DNA of 64,000 nt, taken from sequence record DRR378314_2799, one strand, 5' to 3'. The position numbers and the translations under genes were made by a program. How positions within the stretch are numbered: the first letter of the stretch is position 1; each line of letters starts with the position of its first letter. Under the pieces are notes generated by a model, which saw only the letters and a program-made list of their open reading frames with translations, did not search any database and was not told where the DNA came from. Shown one piece after another: positions 17,596 through 27,471 of this stretch.

Positions 17596-18000
17596 ATGAG
17601 TTTAAAAAACATACCTTTATTCAGCGCGTTGACAGAGCGTATGAAATGGTTGTCTCAACGCCAGTCTGTTCTGTCCCAGAATATCGCCAACTCTGACACT
17701 CCCGGTTATCAGGCTGCCGATCTGAAAGCTCAATCTTTTAAAGATCTTGTGAAAGGATCGAAAGAAACACAGGTGTATATGGCGAAAACGAGTGACGCAC
17801 ATATTGTGAATGAGCAGAAAACGCCTTTCCGTCCTAAGGAAGATCGCGAACCTTATGAAGTGACGCCGGTTGGAAATGCTGTTGTGCTTGAAGATCAGAT
17901 GATGAAACTTGCAGATACGCAAATGCAGTATCAAATGACGACATCCCTTTATAAAAAGCAGGTCGGTATGCTCAAAACCGCCCTCGGCCGCGGTAGATAG
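17596..18000 (+). CDS. flgB: Flagellar basal-body rod protein FlgB
   Basis: RQ.VLSQNIANSDTPGY.A.DL, GNAV.LE.QM. Confidence 0.96.
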   Translation: MSLKNIPLFSALTERMKWLSQRQSVLSQNIANSDTPGYQAADLKAQSFKDLVKGSKETQVYMAKTSDAHIVNEQKTPFRPKEDREPYEVTPVGNAVVLEDQMMKLADTQMQYQMTTSLYKKQVGMLKTALGRGR

Positions 18001-18011
18001 GAGCAACTGAG

Positions 18012-18419
18012 ATGGATCTCTTAAAATCAATTAAGCTTGCTGCCGCGGGTATGAAAGCCCAGGGCGAACGGATGCGGGTAATTTCGGAAAACCTGGCCAA
18101 CAAGGATAGTGTCGGCCGCACAGCGGATGAAGATCCCTACCGCCGAAAGATTATTACTTTTAAAAATAGCCTGGACAAGGAACTGAACGCTCAAAAAGTA
18201 GAGGTCGGTAAAATTACTGTGGATAGATCGGAATTTCAAAAGCGCTTCGATCCTAGTCATCCGGCTGCGGACGAAGAGGGATATGTGAAGACGCCCAATG
18301 TCAATTCGCTGGTTGAATTGATGGATATGAAAGAAACTCAGCGCTCCTATAAGGCCAATATACAGACGATTGAAGCCTCCAAAAGGATGGTTGCTCAGAC
18401 GCTGGATATTCTGCGATAG
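18012..18419 (+). CDS. flgC: Flagellar basal-body rod protein FlgC
   Basis: RMRVISENLAN, PYRRK, DPSHPAAD.EGYV..PNVN. Confidence 0.97.
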   Translation: MDLLKSIKLAAAGMKAQGERMRVISENLANKDSVGRTADEDPYRRKIITFKNSLDKELNAQKVEVGKITVDRSEFQKRFDPSHPAADEEGYVKTPNVNSLVELMDMKETQRSYKANIQTIEASKRMVAQTLDILR

Positions 18420-18450
18420 TGCCGCAAGAGAATAGAGTAAGGGGTATTCA

Positions 18451-18780
18451 ATGGTAGATACATCTCCGATTTCGGCCACCCAGGCATATACGAAGGCGCT
18501 TGAACAGGCTTCCGATAGTAAAGGTAACGGTACCACCGTTGGCGTCGATGAAGTAAAGTCAGGCCCCAGTTTTTCTGAATTGCTGGATGAGGCAGGTCAA
18601 AATGCCATTCAGGATGGGATGACTTCGGAAAAAACATCACTGCAATCATTGACAGGAGATGCTGGCCTTGTGGATATCGTCACGGCAGTCAGTAGTGCAG
18701 AAGTGACACTGGAAACTGTTGTTTCTGTTCGCGATCGTGTGATTCAGGCTTACCAAGACATCATAAAAATGCCAATCTAG
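18451..18780 (+). CDS. fliE: Flagellar hook-basal body protein FliE
   Basis: C-terminal AEVTLE..V.VRDRVIQAYQDI.KMPI. Confidence 0.95.
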   Translation: MVDTSPISATQAYTKALEQASDSKGNGTTVGVDEVKSGPSFSELLDEAGQNAIQDGMTSEKTSLQSLTGDAGLVDIVTAVSSAEVTLETVVSVRDRVIQAYQDIIKMPI

Positions 18781-18817
18781 TGATCTTAACGATCATTCGG
18801 TTGGCAAGAGGTACAAA

Positions 18818-19081
18818 ATGACACCAACAGATGTTGTGGATGTAGCAAGAGAAGCCATCTGGGTTCTGTTGCAGGTTTCCGCGCCGATCATGTTGGTTGC
18901 CTTGGGGGTGGGACTGGTTGTTGCCCTTGTTCAGGCTTTGACCCAAATTCAGGAAATGACATTGGCGTTTGTGCCAAAAATCCTGGCAATTTTCCTTTCA
19001 CTTATAATTTTCTTCCCGTTTATGATTTCATCGATGATTGATTTGATGAATCTCATCGCCCAGCGGATTTCGGCCTTGTAG
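18818..19081 (+). CDS. fliQ: Flagellar export protein FliQ
   Basis: QALTQIQEMTL.FVPKI. Confidence 0.97.
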   Translation: MTPTDVVDVAREAIWVLLQVSAPIMLVALGVGLVVALVQALTQIQEMTLAFVPKILAIFLSLIIFFPFMISSMIDLMNLIAQRISAL

Positions 19082-19092
19082 GCGGCAGGGTA

Positions 19093-19854
19093 ATGTTGGA
19101 AGAATATCTCGTCACCAACGTTTTTGCTTTTTTTCTGGTCTTCGCCAGAATTGGCGCCCTGTTCATGGTCACTCCCGGAATTGGGGAAGGGTTTGTTTCT
19201 CCGCGGGTCCGTTTGTCCCTGTCTCTGGCGGTTAGCTTTCTGATCATGCAATTTGTTCAGGATCAACTGCCTGAGCAACCTGCCAACGTATTTGAATTAC
19301 TGTTGCTGTTGGTCTCTGAAATGATTGTCGGCCTTCTAATTGGCGGCGCCCTTCGGATGGCGATTAGTGCCTTGCATATTGGCGGCACAATCATTGCGCA
19401 GCAATCTGGTCTTGCTGCCGCCCAGTTTTTCGACCCTGGTCAAATGACACAAGGCGCAGTAACCAGTAGTTTCATGACACTTATGGGCATCACGATGATT
19501 TTCGTGACAGACCTGCATCATTTGTTTTTGCAAGGGGCGTATGCCAGTTATGAGCTGTTTCCTGTTTACCAATTACCGCCGTTTGGTGATTTGGCAGGTT
19601 TGGTTGCCGGATTTGTTGCGGGCAGCTTTAAGTTGGGCTTTCAAATTTCTGCGCCCTTTTTGGTCTATGGCCTTACTTTTTATATTGGGGTTGGACTGAT
19701 CAATCGGCTGATGCCGCAGGTGCAGATTTTCTTTGTGGCAATGCCGTTGCAAATCATACTGGCCTTCGCGATTTTTGCGATTACAGTAGGGGCCAGCGTT
19801 ATGTGGTTCATCAATTATTACGAAGAAACACTTATGTTGTTTCTTGGGACTTAA
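19093..19854 (+). CDS. fliR: Flagellar export protein FliR
   Basis: FARIG..FM..P, DLHH.FL, RLMPQ.QIFFV.MP. Confidence 0.96.
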   Translation: MLEEYLVTNVFAFFLVFARIGALFMVTPGIGEGFVSPRVRLSLSLAVSFLIMQFVQDQLPEQPANVFELLLLLVSEMIVGLLIGGALRMAISALHIGGTIIAQQSGLAAAQFFDPGQMTQGAVTSSFMTLMGITMIFVTDLHHLFLQGAYASYELFPVYQLPPFGDLAGLVAGFVAGSFKLGFQISAPFLVYGLTFYIGVGLINRLMPQVQIFFVAMPLQIILAFAIFAITVGASVMWFINYYEETLMLFLGT

Positions 19855-19858
19855 GTGA

Positions 19859-20923
19859 ATGGCTGAAGATCAGGACGACGCCCAAAAGACCGAGGAGCCG
19901 ACCCAGAAAAAACTGGAGGACGCTCATAAAAAAGGTCAGGTCGCTAAATCACAGGAAGTTGGACATTGGTTTATGACAATGGGCATTACGCTTGTTGTTT
20001 TGATATTCATGGCAGGCCTTGGCCAGGAGCTTTCCTTCGATTTGTTCAAATTTATTGAACAACCGCACGCCATACCGGTGAATTCCGGCAATTTATCAAA
20101 TACGTTTGAGCAATTAGGTTACGCTGTTGTCGGTGTGCTGGCCCCGGTTTTGGGTATTTTAATGCTGTTTGGATTGGCTGGAACCGTCATCCAGCATCGA
20201 CCGGTTTTCACGGCAGAGCGATTAAAGCCAAAGCTCAACAAGATCTCTTTACTCGCGGGCGTAAAACGCCTTTTCTCCATGAAGTCTTTTACAGAATTCC
20301 TGAAAGGTATTCTCAAGCTATTACTGGTTGGATCTATTGCCTATATGTTTGTCGCGCCGGAAATGGATGAATTGCCGATCGTGATGACATACGACATGAT
20401 CGGCATTCTGTCATTGCTGGAGCAGCAGATCCTTAGTTTATTGCTAGGCGTTGCGTCGGTCATGGCCGTTATTGGCGGGTTGGATTTGCTCTATCAGAAA
20501 TATAATCACAACAAAGAACTGCGAATGACCAAGCAGGAAATCAAGGATGAAAATAAGCAGGCTGAGGGTGATCCAATGATCAAATCCCGGCTGCGCTCCT
20601 TGCGGTTGCAGCGGTCCCGCCAACGGATGATGCAGGCCGTTCCAGCGGCCGATGTCGTGGTGACGAACCCGACCCATTATGCTGTTGCTCTGAAATATGA
20701 ACAATCAGTAGATCGCGCACCTGTGGTTCTGGCGATGGGACAAGACAATATTGCTTTGAAAATTCGGGAACTTGCTAACGAAAATGAAATACCTATCGTA
20801 GAAAATCCCCCTCTGGCTCGGGCGTTGTACGCATCTTGCGAGTTGGAACAGGAAATTCCATATGAACATTTTCGTGCAGTCGCGGAAATTATCGGCTATG
20901 TGATGCGTCTGAAAAAGAAATAG
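19859..20923 (+). CDS. flhB: Flagellar export protein FlhB
   Basis: KTEEPT.KKL..A..KGQV, EGDP.IK, NPTH autocleavage motif. Confidence 0.97.
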   Translation: MAEDQDDAQKTEEPTQKKLEDAHKKGQVAKSQEVGHWFMTMGITLVVLIFMAGLGQELSFDLFKFIEQPHAIPVNSGNLSNTFEQLGYAVVGVLAPVLGILMLFGLAGTVIQHRPVFTAERLKPKLNKISLLAGVKRLFSMKSFTEFLKGILKLLLVGSIAYMFVAPEMDELPIVMTYDMIGILSLLEQQILSLLLGVASVMAVIGGLDLLYQKYNHNKELRMTKQEIKDENKQAEGDPMIKSRLRSLRLQRSRQRMMQAVPAADVVVTNPTHYAVALKYEQSVDRAPVVLAMGQDNIALKIRELANENEIPIVENPPLARALYASCELEQEIPYEHFRAVAEIIGYVMRLKKK

Positions 20924-20941
20924 AGGGGACACCACCGGATC

Positions 20942-23437
20942 ATGGGTTCAGATAAGTCGGTTCGGGCGAAAAATCGCAGATTTTCACTGGGGGTGGATGC
21001 GCGGCAGTTGGCTGCAGCCTATTTCCTTGTTGCAACCTTAATTGTGATTGCGGCGCTGTTGGGTCGGGAAATGAGTTTCCTGAACATGGCGATTTTGAGT
21101 TTCATGGTGTTGGCCGCCATGGGAATTGGTTTGTGGTATCTGATTTTTTATGGACTTCGCCGGGCCGCATCTGGTGAACTGGATCTTCTGACGGAATTTG
21201 TCGCCTCCAGCCCGGAAGGCCGTTTGATGACCACCAAGGCGGGCGAGTTTGTGATGGCGAACGACGCTTATTTTGAAACTCTGAAGCTTAATCGCCGGTC
21301 AAATTCCAAAACGCTGGTTGAGGTGATGGATCATAATATCGCGGCCCGCGAACAACTACGGGCGCTTTATAACGCAGCTTTGCGCGGGGAAACCAAGAAT
21401 TTACGAGTTGAAGTGAAAACATCTGACGGCCGGTGGCTTTCTATTTTAGCTCATTCAATCAAGGCGCTACCGGACTATATCATCTGGTATGTTGCTGAAA
21501 CGACCATTCAGCATAAAATCGAAGAAGTGGAACGGGGCGAGCGGGAAAAGCTGACTGAATATTTCAATAACGCTCCGGTTGGTTTTTATTCACTGGATAG
21601 TCGGGGCCGGGTTCAGTTCGTCAACCGGATATTCGCAGAGTGGCTGGGCTATCATCAACGTGAACTGTCTGAGGGAAATCTTGCCTTTTCTGATTTGGTC
21701 GTGAAAGGGGATGAACGTCAACTCAACCTGATGGACAGTATGGGCGGCGATAGTTATCGCTACGAAGGTGAATTAAAATTGAGCCGTCGGGATGGCACTG
21801 TGTTGCCGGTTCATATTACCCAAACCACTGTCAAAGATGAAGCCGGCGAAATCATTGGCTCCAGAAGTGTTGTGCGCGAAATGCTACAGGAACAGCTTTG
21901 GAAGGAGCGTGTGGAAAGTGCCGAGGAGCATTTTCGGCGGTTTTTTGAAGCGGCGCCAATTGGCATTGTTCTGCTGGATGTTAATGGTACCCTGGTCGAG
22001 GGTAATCCTGCCTTTCGGGTTATGACAGAAACGGTGGTCGATAGTGCGATTGGCCAGCATGTAACCGAATTGGTGGCTGAAAGTGATCGCTCCACCTTGC
22101 AGGAGTGTCTAAAGGAAGCAACAGCCAGCGACAAAGCACCAAAGGCCGTGGAAATGAAGCTGGGAAGCGGGGAGCGTGTTGCGAACTTCTACATCAGTGC
22201 GGTGGGAAGCGCAGATACCGGTTCTGAGAGTATACTCATACATATCATTGACACTTCAGCCCAGCGTCAACTGGAAGTCCAATTCGCCCAAAGTCAGAAA
22301 ATGCAGGCGGTCGGCCAATTGGCTGGCGGCATTGCTCATGACTTTAATAACCTGCTGACGGCTATGATCGGGTTCTGCGATCTGTTGTTATTGCGCCATC
22401 AGGTTGGTGATCAATCTTATTCAGATATTAGTCAGATTAAACAAAATGCCAATCGGGCTGCGGGGCTTGTGCGGCAATTGCTGGCCTTCTCCCGACAACA
22501 AACCTTGCGCCCTAAAGTCACTGACTTGACGGAGGTTCTGGCCGAACTGTCCAATTTGTTGCGCCGCTTGATCGGTGAAACCATTGATTTGGAAATCAAG
22601 CATGCCCGCGATCTATGGCTTGTGAAAGTTGACCCCAGCCAGTTTGAGCAAGTCGTCATCAATCTGGCGGTTAATGCCCGTGACGCCATGGACGGTGATG
22701 GAAAATTATCCTACCGCACTGAAAATTATGTTGTTCATAAACGTGGTGTGGATGCAGACGAATTGGTTCCCGAAGGGGAGTATATCAAGATTAATGTATC
22801 TGATACTGGAACAGGTATCAGCCAAGAAGTGCTTTCCAAAATTTTTGATCCCTTTTTTACAACCAAGAAAGTTGGAGAGGGAACCGGTCTTGGCTTAAGT
22901 ACCGTCTATGGGATTATCAAGCAGACGGGTGGCTTCATTTTTGCCCATAATAATGAAGATGGGGTTGGAACAACCTTTGAAATTCTGCTGCCGCGACACA
23001 TTGAGGCGCAAAGCGAGGAAGATGATGCCGCGCTAGAGCATCAAAAGGTTCATAAAGATTTGTCCGGTATCGGAACCATTCTGCTGGTAGAGGATGAGGA
23101 TCCAGTTCGCTTGTTTGCCTCGCGGGCCCTACAAAACAAAGGATATGAGGTTCTGCAGGCGGATTGCGGGGAGACCGCACTTGAGCTTGCCCAAACCTAT
23201 GAAGGCACGATTGATTTGCTGATTACGGATGTGGTGATGCCCAATATGGATGGGCCGACTCTGGTTAAAAACATCACGCAGCAGAAACCGGATTTGAAAA
23301 TCATTTTCATCTCAGGATATGCAGAGGATGCATTTCGAAAAGATCTTGATTTTGATATCGATAAAATTGAATTCCTGCCAAAACCTTTCTCCCTCAAAGA
23401 GATTGCAGAAAAGGTCAAGGAAGTGATGGTCGGGTAG
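20942..23437 (+). CDS. cckA: Cell-cycle hybrid histidine kinase CckA
   Basis: 2 TM, PAS domains, QSQKMQAVGQLAGGIAHDFNNLL, REC LVEDE..VR; conserved position after flhB. Confidence 0.9.
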   Translation: MGSDKSVRAKNRRFSLGVDARQLAAAYFLVATLIVIAALLGREMSFLNMAILSFMVLAAMGIGLWYLIFYGLRRAASGELDLLTEFVASSPEGRLMTTKAGEFVMANDAYFETLKLNRRSNSKTLVEVMDHNIAAREQLRALYNAALRGETKNLRVEVKTSDGRWLSILAHSIKALPDYIIWYVAETTIQHKIEEVERGEREKLTEYFNNAPVGFYSLDSRGRVQFVNRIFAEWLGYHQRELSEGNLAFSDLVVKGDERQLNLMDSMGGDSYRYEGELKLSRRDGTVLPVHITQTTVKDEAGEIIGSRSVVREMLQEQLWKERVESAEEHFRRFFEAAPIGIVLLDVNGTLVEGNPAFRVMTETVVDSAIGQHVTELVAESDRSTLQECLKEATASDKAPKAVEMKLGSGERVANFYISAVGSADTGSESILIHIIDTSAQRQLEVQFAQSQKMQAVGQLAGGIAHDFNNLLTAMIGFCDLLLLRHQVGDQSYSDISQIKQNANRAAGLVRQLLAFSRQQTLRPKVTDLTEVLAELSNLLRRLIGETIDLEIKHARDLWLVKVDPSQFEQVVINLAVNARDAMDGDGKLSYRTENYVVHKRGVDADELVPEGEYIKINVSDTGTGISQEVLSKIFDPFFTTKKVGEGTGLGLSTVYGIIKQTGGFIFAHNNEDGVGTTFEILLPRHIEAQSEEDDAALEHQKVHKDLSGIGTILLVEDEDPVRLFASRALQNKGYEVLQADCGETALELAQTYEGTIDLLITDVVMPNMDGPTLVKNITQQKPDLKIIFISGYAEDAFRKDLDFDIDKIEFLPKPFSLKEIAEKVKEVMVG

Positions 23438-23439
23438 TT

Positions 23440-23465
23440 GAGAAGGAGCTCAAAAGCTCCTTCTC
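23440..23465. terminator. Hairpin between convergent genes
   Basis: GAGAAGGAGCT-CAAA-AGCTCCTTCTC. Confidence 0.65.
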
Positions 23466-23474
23466 GCGTTAAAT

Positions 23475-24638
23475 TCAGGCTTTTTTCTTGCCTGGGTGGA
23501 TCCCCATATGTTTTGCGATAATCTCCAGCATAATTTCATTGGCACCGCCGCCAATTGCCGTCACCCGTAAATCACGAAGCGCGCGGGAGATGTAGTTTTC
23601 ATTCATGACGCCCTGGCCACCCCAGAATTGCAGACAATCGTTGGGTACGGTGACGGCAAGCTTGCCGATCAGGTATTTACCCATTGAGGCCAGCTTTGTA
23701 ACATCCTCACCCTGCATATATAAATCTGCGGCCCGATAGAGGAGGGCCCGTAACGCTTCGACCTCTGCTGAAAGCGCAGAAAGCCGGTGATAGACGGCTT
23801 GATTGCTAAGGATAGAGCCGCCAAAGACTTTGCGCTGATCCGTATATTCAATCGTCTCGTCAATCAGGACCTCCAGAACCCGCAGCCCTCTGGCAACAGC
23901 GAACATTCTTTCTTCCTGAAACTGCTCCATTTGATAGGTAAATCCTTTACCTTCTTCCCCAATCCGATTACTGGCTGGAACACGCACATTATCGAAAAAG
24001 AGCTCAGCCGTATCAGAACTGACGAGGCCCAGTTTATCGAGTTTTCGCGAAACGCTGACGCCTTCACTTTTGAGAGGCACAACAATCAGAGATTTGTTGC
24101 GGTGGATGTTGGCATCATCAGACGTATTGCAAAGAAGACAGATCCAGTCCCCTTGAACCCCGTTTGTAATCCACATTTTGGATCCGTTGATGACATAATC
24201 ATCACCATCGCGTTTGGCAGTCGTTTTAATCGCTGCAACATCTGAACCTGCAGAGTTCTCACTAACACCGATGCAGCCAACCAGATCCCCCGCAATGGTT
24301 GGCGCCAGATATTGCTCTTTCAGCTCCTGACTGCCATAGAGCGCCAGGGCAGGTGTGCACATTGTGGTTTGCACCCCAATGGAAGTGGAGACACCATTTC
24401 CCCGGATATTGCCGAGTGCTTCTGCGAAAACCATTTCGTAGGAGAAATCCAGGTCCATCCCTCCGTATTCGGCGGGTTTGCCGATGCCGAGCAGGCCAGC
24501 CTCAGCAAATTTTTTCATCACTTGATGAGCGGGATAAATTTCTGCCTTTTCCCATTCATCCATGTAGGGGTTCACATGTTCTTCGATAACGCGTTTCGTG
24601 GTATCAATAATCTGATAATGTTCATGTGTTAGTTTCAT
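23475..24638 (-). CDS. Acyl-CoA dehydrogenase, AtuD (citronellyl-CoA dehydrogenase)-like
   Basis: GVQT.MCTPALA, CIGVSE..AGSDVA, HRNKSLIVVP, QFQEER, IGGGA.EIM. Confidence 0.85.
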   Translation of the reverse strand: MKLTHEHYQIIDTTKRVIEEHVNPYMDEWEKAEIYPAHQVMKKFAEAGLLGIGKPAEYGGMDLDFSYEMVFAEALGNIRGNGVSTSIGVQTTMCTPALALYGSQELKEQYLAPTIAGDLVGCIGVSENSAGSDVAAIKTTAKRDGDDYVINGSKMWITNGVQGDWICLLCNTSDDANIHRNKSLIVVPLKSEGVSVSRKLDKLGLVSSDTAELFFDNVRVPASNRIGEEGKGFTYQMEQFQEERMFAVARGLRVLEVLIDETIEYTDQRKVFGGSILSNQAVYHRLSALSAEVEALRALLYRAADLYMQGEDVTKLASMGKYLIGKLAVTVPNDCLQFWGGQGVMNENYISRALRDLRVTAIGGGANEIMLEIIAKHMGIHPGKKKA

Positions 24639-24677
24639 ATTCTTCTCTTTCTTGTTGTTATTGTTCGAAAAAATTAA

Positions 24678-25553
24678 CTACCCTTTTTTGAGTTCTTTAA
24701 CGAATTCTGAGTCATCCACTCGATGAAATCCTTCATAGGCTGGCAGGCGATTATGATCAGGCACTTCATAATTGATTGTTGTGTTGGGCACGGCGCCATC
24801 GACCCGGACGGTTTCACCTGTGATGAAACTCGCCGCCGGGCAGAGTAGAAACGCAACTGCCGCAGAAATTTCTGATTCTGTGCCCAGGCGTTTCGTCGGC
24901 ATTTTCTTGGCGCGGGTCCGAATAGATTTTTTATGTTCGTCGCTATAGTTATCCAAACCAGAGGATGCAATGAGACCTGGCGCAACCGCGTTCACGCGAA
25001 TGCCGTAGTGGGCCCATTCAAGTGCCGCTGTTTTTGTGAAATTCACCATGCCCGCACGGGAGGCACCTGAATGACCCATGTTGGGCATGGAATGCCAGAA
25101 ATCTGCGACAATATTGACAATGTTGCCGCCAGTTTCCTTCATGCTTTGAAGGAGAAGTTCTTTACTGACAAGAAAGCCGCCTGTCAGGTTGTTGCGCACC
25201 ACAGCTTCCCAGCCATTGATGCTTATATCTTCCAGTTTCGCTGCAAATTGTCCGCCCGCATTATTCACAAGATGATGAACTGGACCGACGGTTGACAGGA
25301 TATTGGCGATCCCCTCCTTGACAGCATCTTCTTTTCGGATGTCAAAGGTAAAACCATATGCTTTGCCGCCGTCCTCTACTATTTCTCCGACAACTTTATC
25401 CAGTTTTTCCTGCGACCGGCCGCTGATCACAATTGTCGCACCAAGGGCTGATAGTTCATGGGCAATACATCTGCCAATACCGCTACCACCCCCTGTAATT
25501 AAGACGGTTTGGTCCTTAAAGAGATCTTCTTTGAAAACTGAATCGTAAGACAT
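24678..25553 (-). CDS. SDR oxidoreductase, AtuB (citronellol/citronellal dehydrogenase)-like
   Basis: MSYDSVF...LF, TGGGSGIGRC.AHEL, NNAGGQF, MP.MGHSGA.RAG. Confidence 0.85.
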   Translation of the reverse strand: MSYDSVFKEDLFKDQTVLITGGGSGIGRCIAHELSALGATIVISGRSQEKLDKVVGEIVEDGGKAYGFTFDIRKEDAVKEGIANILSTVGPVHHLVNNAGGQFAAKLEDISINGWEAVVRNNLTGGFLVSKELLLQSMKETGGNIVNIVADFWHSMPNMGHSGASRAGMVNFTKTAALEWAHYGIRVNAVAPGLIASSGLDNYSDEHKKSIRTRAKKMPTKRLGTESEISAAVAFLLCPAASFITGETVRVDGAVPNTTINYEVPDHNRLPAYEGFHRVDDSEFVKELKKG

Positions 25554-25650
25554 TTGCACCCACTCTTTCTTGTTTTTCATCATGATTTCAAGAATAGGGG
25601 ACAAATTCAACAAAATTATGTAGCTAGCTTATTAAATTGGACTCTATCCG

Positions 25651-27192
25651 CTAAATATTGGAATCTGGGAAGCTGGCTTTACGTTGGTTTATGAAGTCGC
25701 ACAAAGCATCTTCAATTGCCGGATCAATGCTGGGTGCTTCATAACTGGCGAGCATGCTTTTCCATAATTTATTGGCCCGCATAGCCATGTCCAGAGAACC
25801 TTCTGCCTGCCACTGTTCAACGGAGTTATTGTCAGCCAGTTTTGAGCGGTAAAAAGCGGATTCGAAATTTTGTTGGGTGTGATCGCAGCCGAGGAAATGA
25901 CCGCCGGGTCCAACTTCACGGAGTGCATCTAGTGCTTGGGCATTTTCATCGATTTCAACACCATTGGCCAATACTTCCATCATGGCCAATTGATCCATAT
26001 CCATGACAAATTTTTCGTAAGAGGTGACAAGCCCCCCTTCGAGCCATCCGGCAGCATGGGGAACGAAATTAACGCCGGATGTGACGGTTGCCTGAAGTGT
26101 TTGGACACTTTCATAACCCGCTTGGGCGTCCGGCAGCTTGGAAGCCGTGAATGAGCCGCCGGAGCGAAACGGTATGTTGAGCCGTCTGGCAAGAGCCGCA
26201 GCGCCATTTAAGACCAGCAGGCTTTCAGGAGTTCCGAAAGTTGGGGCCCCCGATTGCATGGAGATGGAGGAGACAAAGGTTCCGAAAAGAACGGGCGTGC
26301 CCGGCTTGATCAATTGCGTCAGCGCCATTCCTGCCAATACTTCCGCCAGGATCTGCGTCAGTGTTCCCAACGGACTGACCGGGCTCATGGCGCCAGAGAG
26401 AATAAACGGTGAGACAACACAAGCCTGATTATGGGCCGCATAAACCTTCAAAGCGCCCAGCATTGTCGCGTCGTAGGTCATAGGCGAATTGACATTTATG
26501 AGGTTTAACATCACGCAGTTATTTTCGACAAAATCATCGCCAAAGACAATTTTCGAAAGGCTGACGCTATCCTCTGCCCGATCCGGACTGGTAACAGAGC
26601 CCATGAAAGGTTTGTCGGAGTAGCGGATGTGGCTATAGACCATATCCAGGTGGCGCTTATTGACCGGTAAATCCACAGGCTCACAAACGGTGCCCCCAGA
26701 ATGGTGAAGGGACGGGGCCATATAGGCCAGTTTGATAATGTTCTGAAAATCCTCCAGCGTTCCATAGCGCCGCCCTTTGTCCAGACAGGACACAAATGGG
26801 GGGCCGTAAACCGGGGCAAATACCATGTTATTGCCGCCAATTTGCACACTTCTTGCCGGATTGCGGGAATGTTGAGTGAATTCAGAGGGAACGGTTTTCA
26901 ATAATGAGCGGCAAAGGCCTTTGGGAAAGTGAACCCGTGTTCCTTTCACCGTTGCCCCGGCATCTCTCCAGATCTGCAAAACCTCTTCATCTTCCAGGAA
27001 ATTGAGGCCGATCTCTTCTAAAACCGTATCGGCATTGGCCTCGATAATTGTCAGTGCTTCGTCACTTAAGAAGTTTGTGACTGGAATTTGCCGCGTGATG
27101 TAGGGACGTTTAACCACTTGGCTGTTTTGCCGGGCTTCCATACGCGCTGCGCGGCCACGGCGGCCTTTGGATTTGGTCAGGTCTGCAGTCAT
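25651..27192 (-). CDS. Non-pyrrolysine MttB superfamily methyltransferase (glycine-betaine:corrinoid MT, MtgB-like)
   Basis: P.YGPPFV, GGTVCEP.D, SGAPTFGTPE, SKLPDAQAG.ES, HAAGWLEGGL, GPGGHFLG; no internal amber codon. Confidence 0.92.
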   Translation of the reverse strand: MTADLTKSKGRRGRAARMEARQNSQVVKRPYITRQIPVTNFLSDEALTIIEANADTVLEEIGLNFLEDEEVLQIWRDAGATVKGTRVHFPKGLCRSLLKTVPSEFTQHSRNPARSVQIGGNNMVFAPVYGPPFVSCLDKGRRYGTLEDFQNIIKLAYMAPSLHHSGGTVCEPVDLPVNKRHLDMVYSHIRYSDKPFMGSVTSPDRAEDSVSLSKIVFGDDFVENNCVMLNLINVNSPMTYDATMLGALKVYAAHNQACVVSPFILSGAMSPVSPLGTLTQILAEVLAGMALTQLIKPGTPVLFGTFVSSISMQSGAPTFGTPESLLVLNGAAALARRLNIPFRSGGSFTASKLPDAQAGYESVQTLQATVTSGVNFVPHAAGWLEGGLVTSYEKFVMDMDQLAMMEVLANGVEIDENAQALDALREVGPGGHFLGCDHTQQNFESAFYRSKLADNNSVEQWQAEGSLDMAMRANKLWKSMLASYEAPSIDPAIEDALCDFINQRKASFPDSNI

Positions 27193-27471
27193 TTTGTCCC
27201 CCTGTTCACTGGGTCTGCGAAAATTCGTCTGTGCAAGGATGTGAAAATCCCAATCGGCTGACTAGCGCGAAGCCGTCTTTTTTGGTCATCACCTGCCGCT
27301 TTTTGAATAGTCAACCAGTCCAAGGCCTTAAGGCGCCTTAGCGCTCGAAATAACATGGCGATTCAGGAACATCTGATGTCGCGGTTTGGTTAGCCAACCC
27401 TTTCCGGTGCGTTCAACTTGGTGTCAGGGGACATGTCGGAAAACCGGCGACTGGGAACAAAGGGAACATTG

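Noticed and set aside
18027-18536. 169-aa minus-strand ORF (and 17617-18030)
   Set aside because: Antisense to flgB/flgC/fliE
25651-27192. Pyrrolysine recoding in mttB
   Set aside because: Frame is open with no in-frame TAG, and no pyl genes were seen
27193-27471. Cobalamin/glycine/THF riboswitch in the betaine-cluster intergenic regions
   Set aside because: No B12-box or other recognisable aptamer consensus here or at 38975-39261
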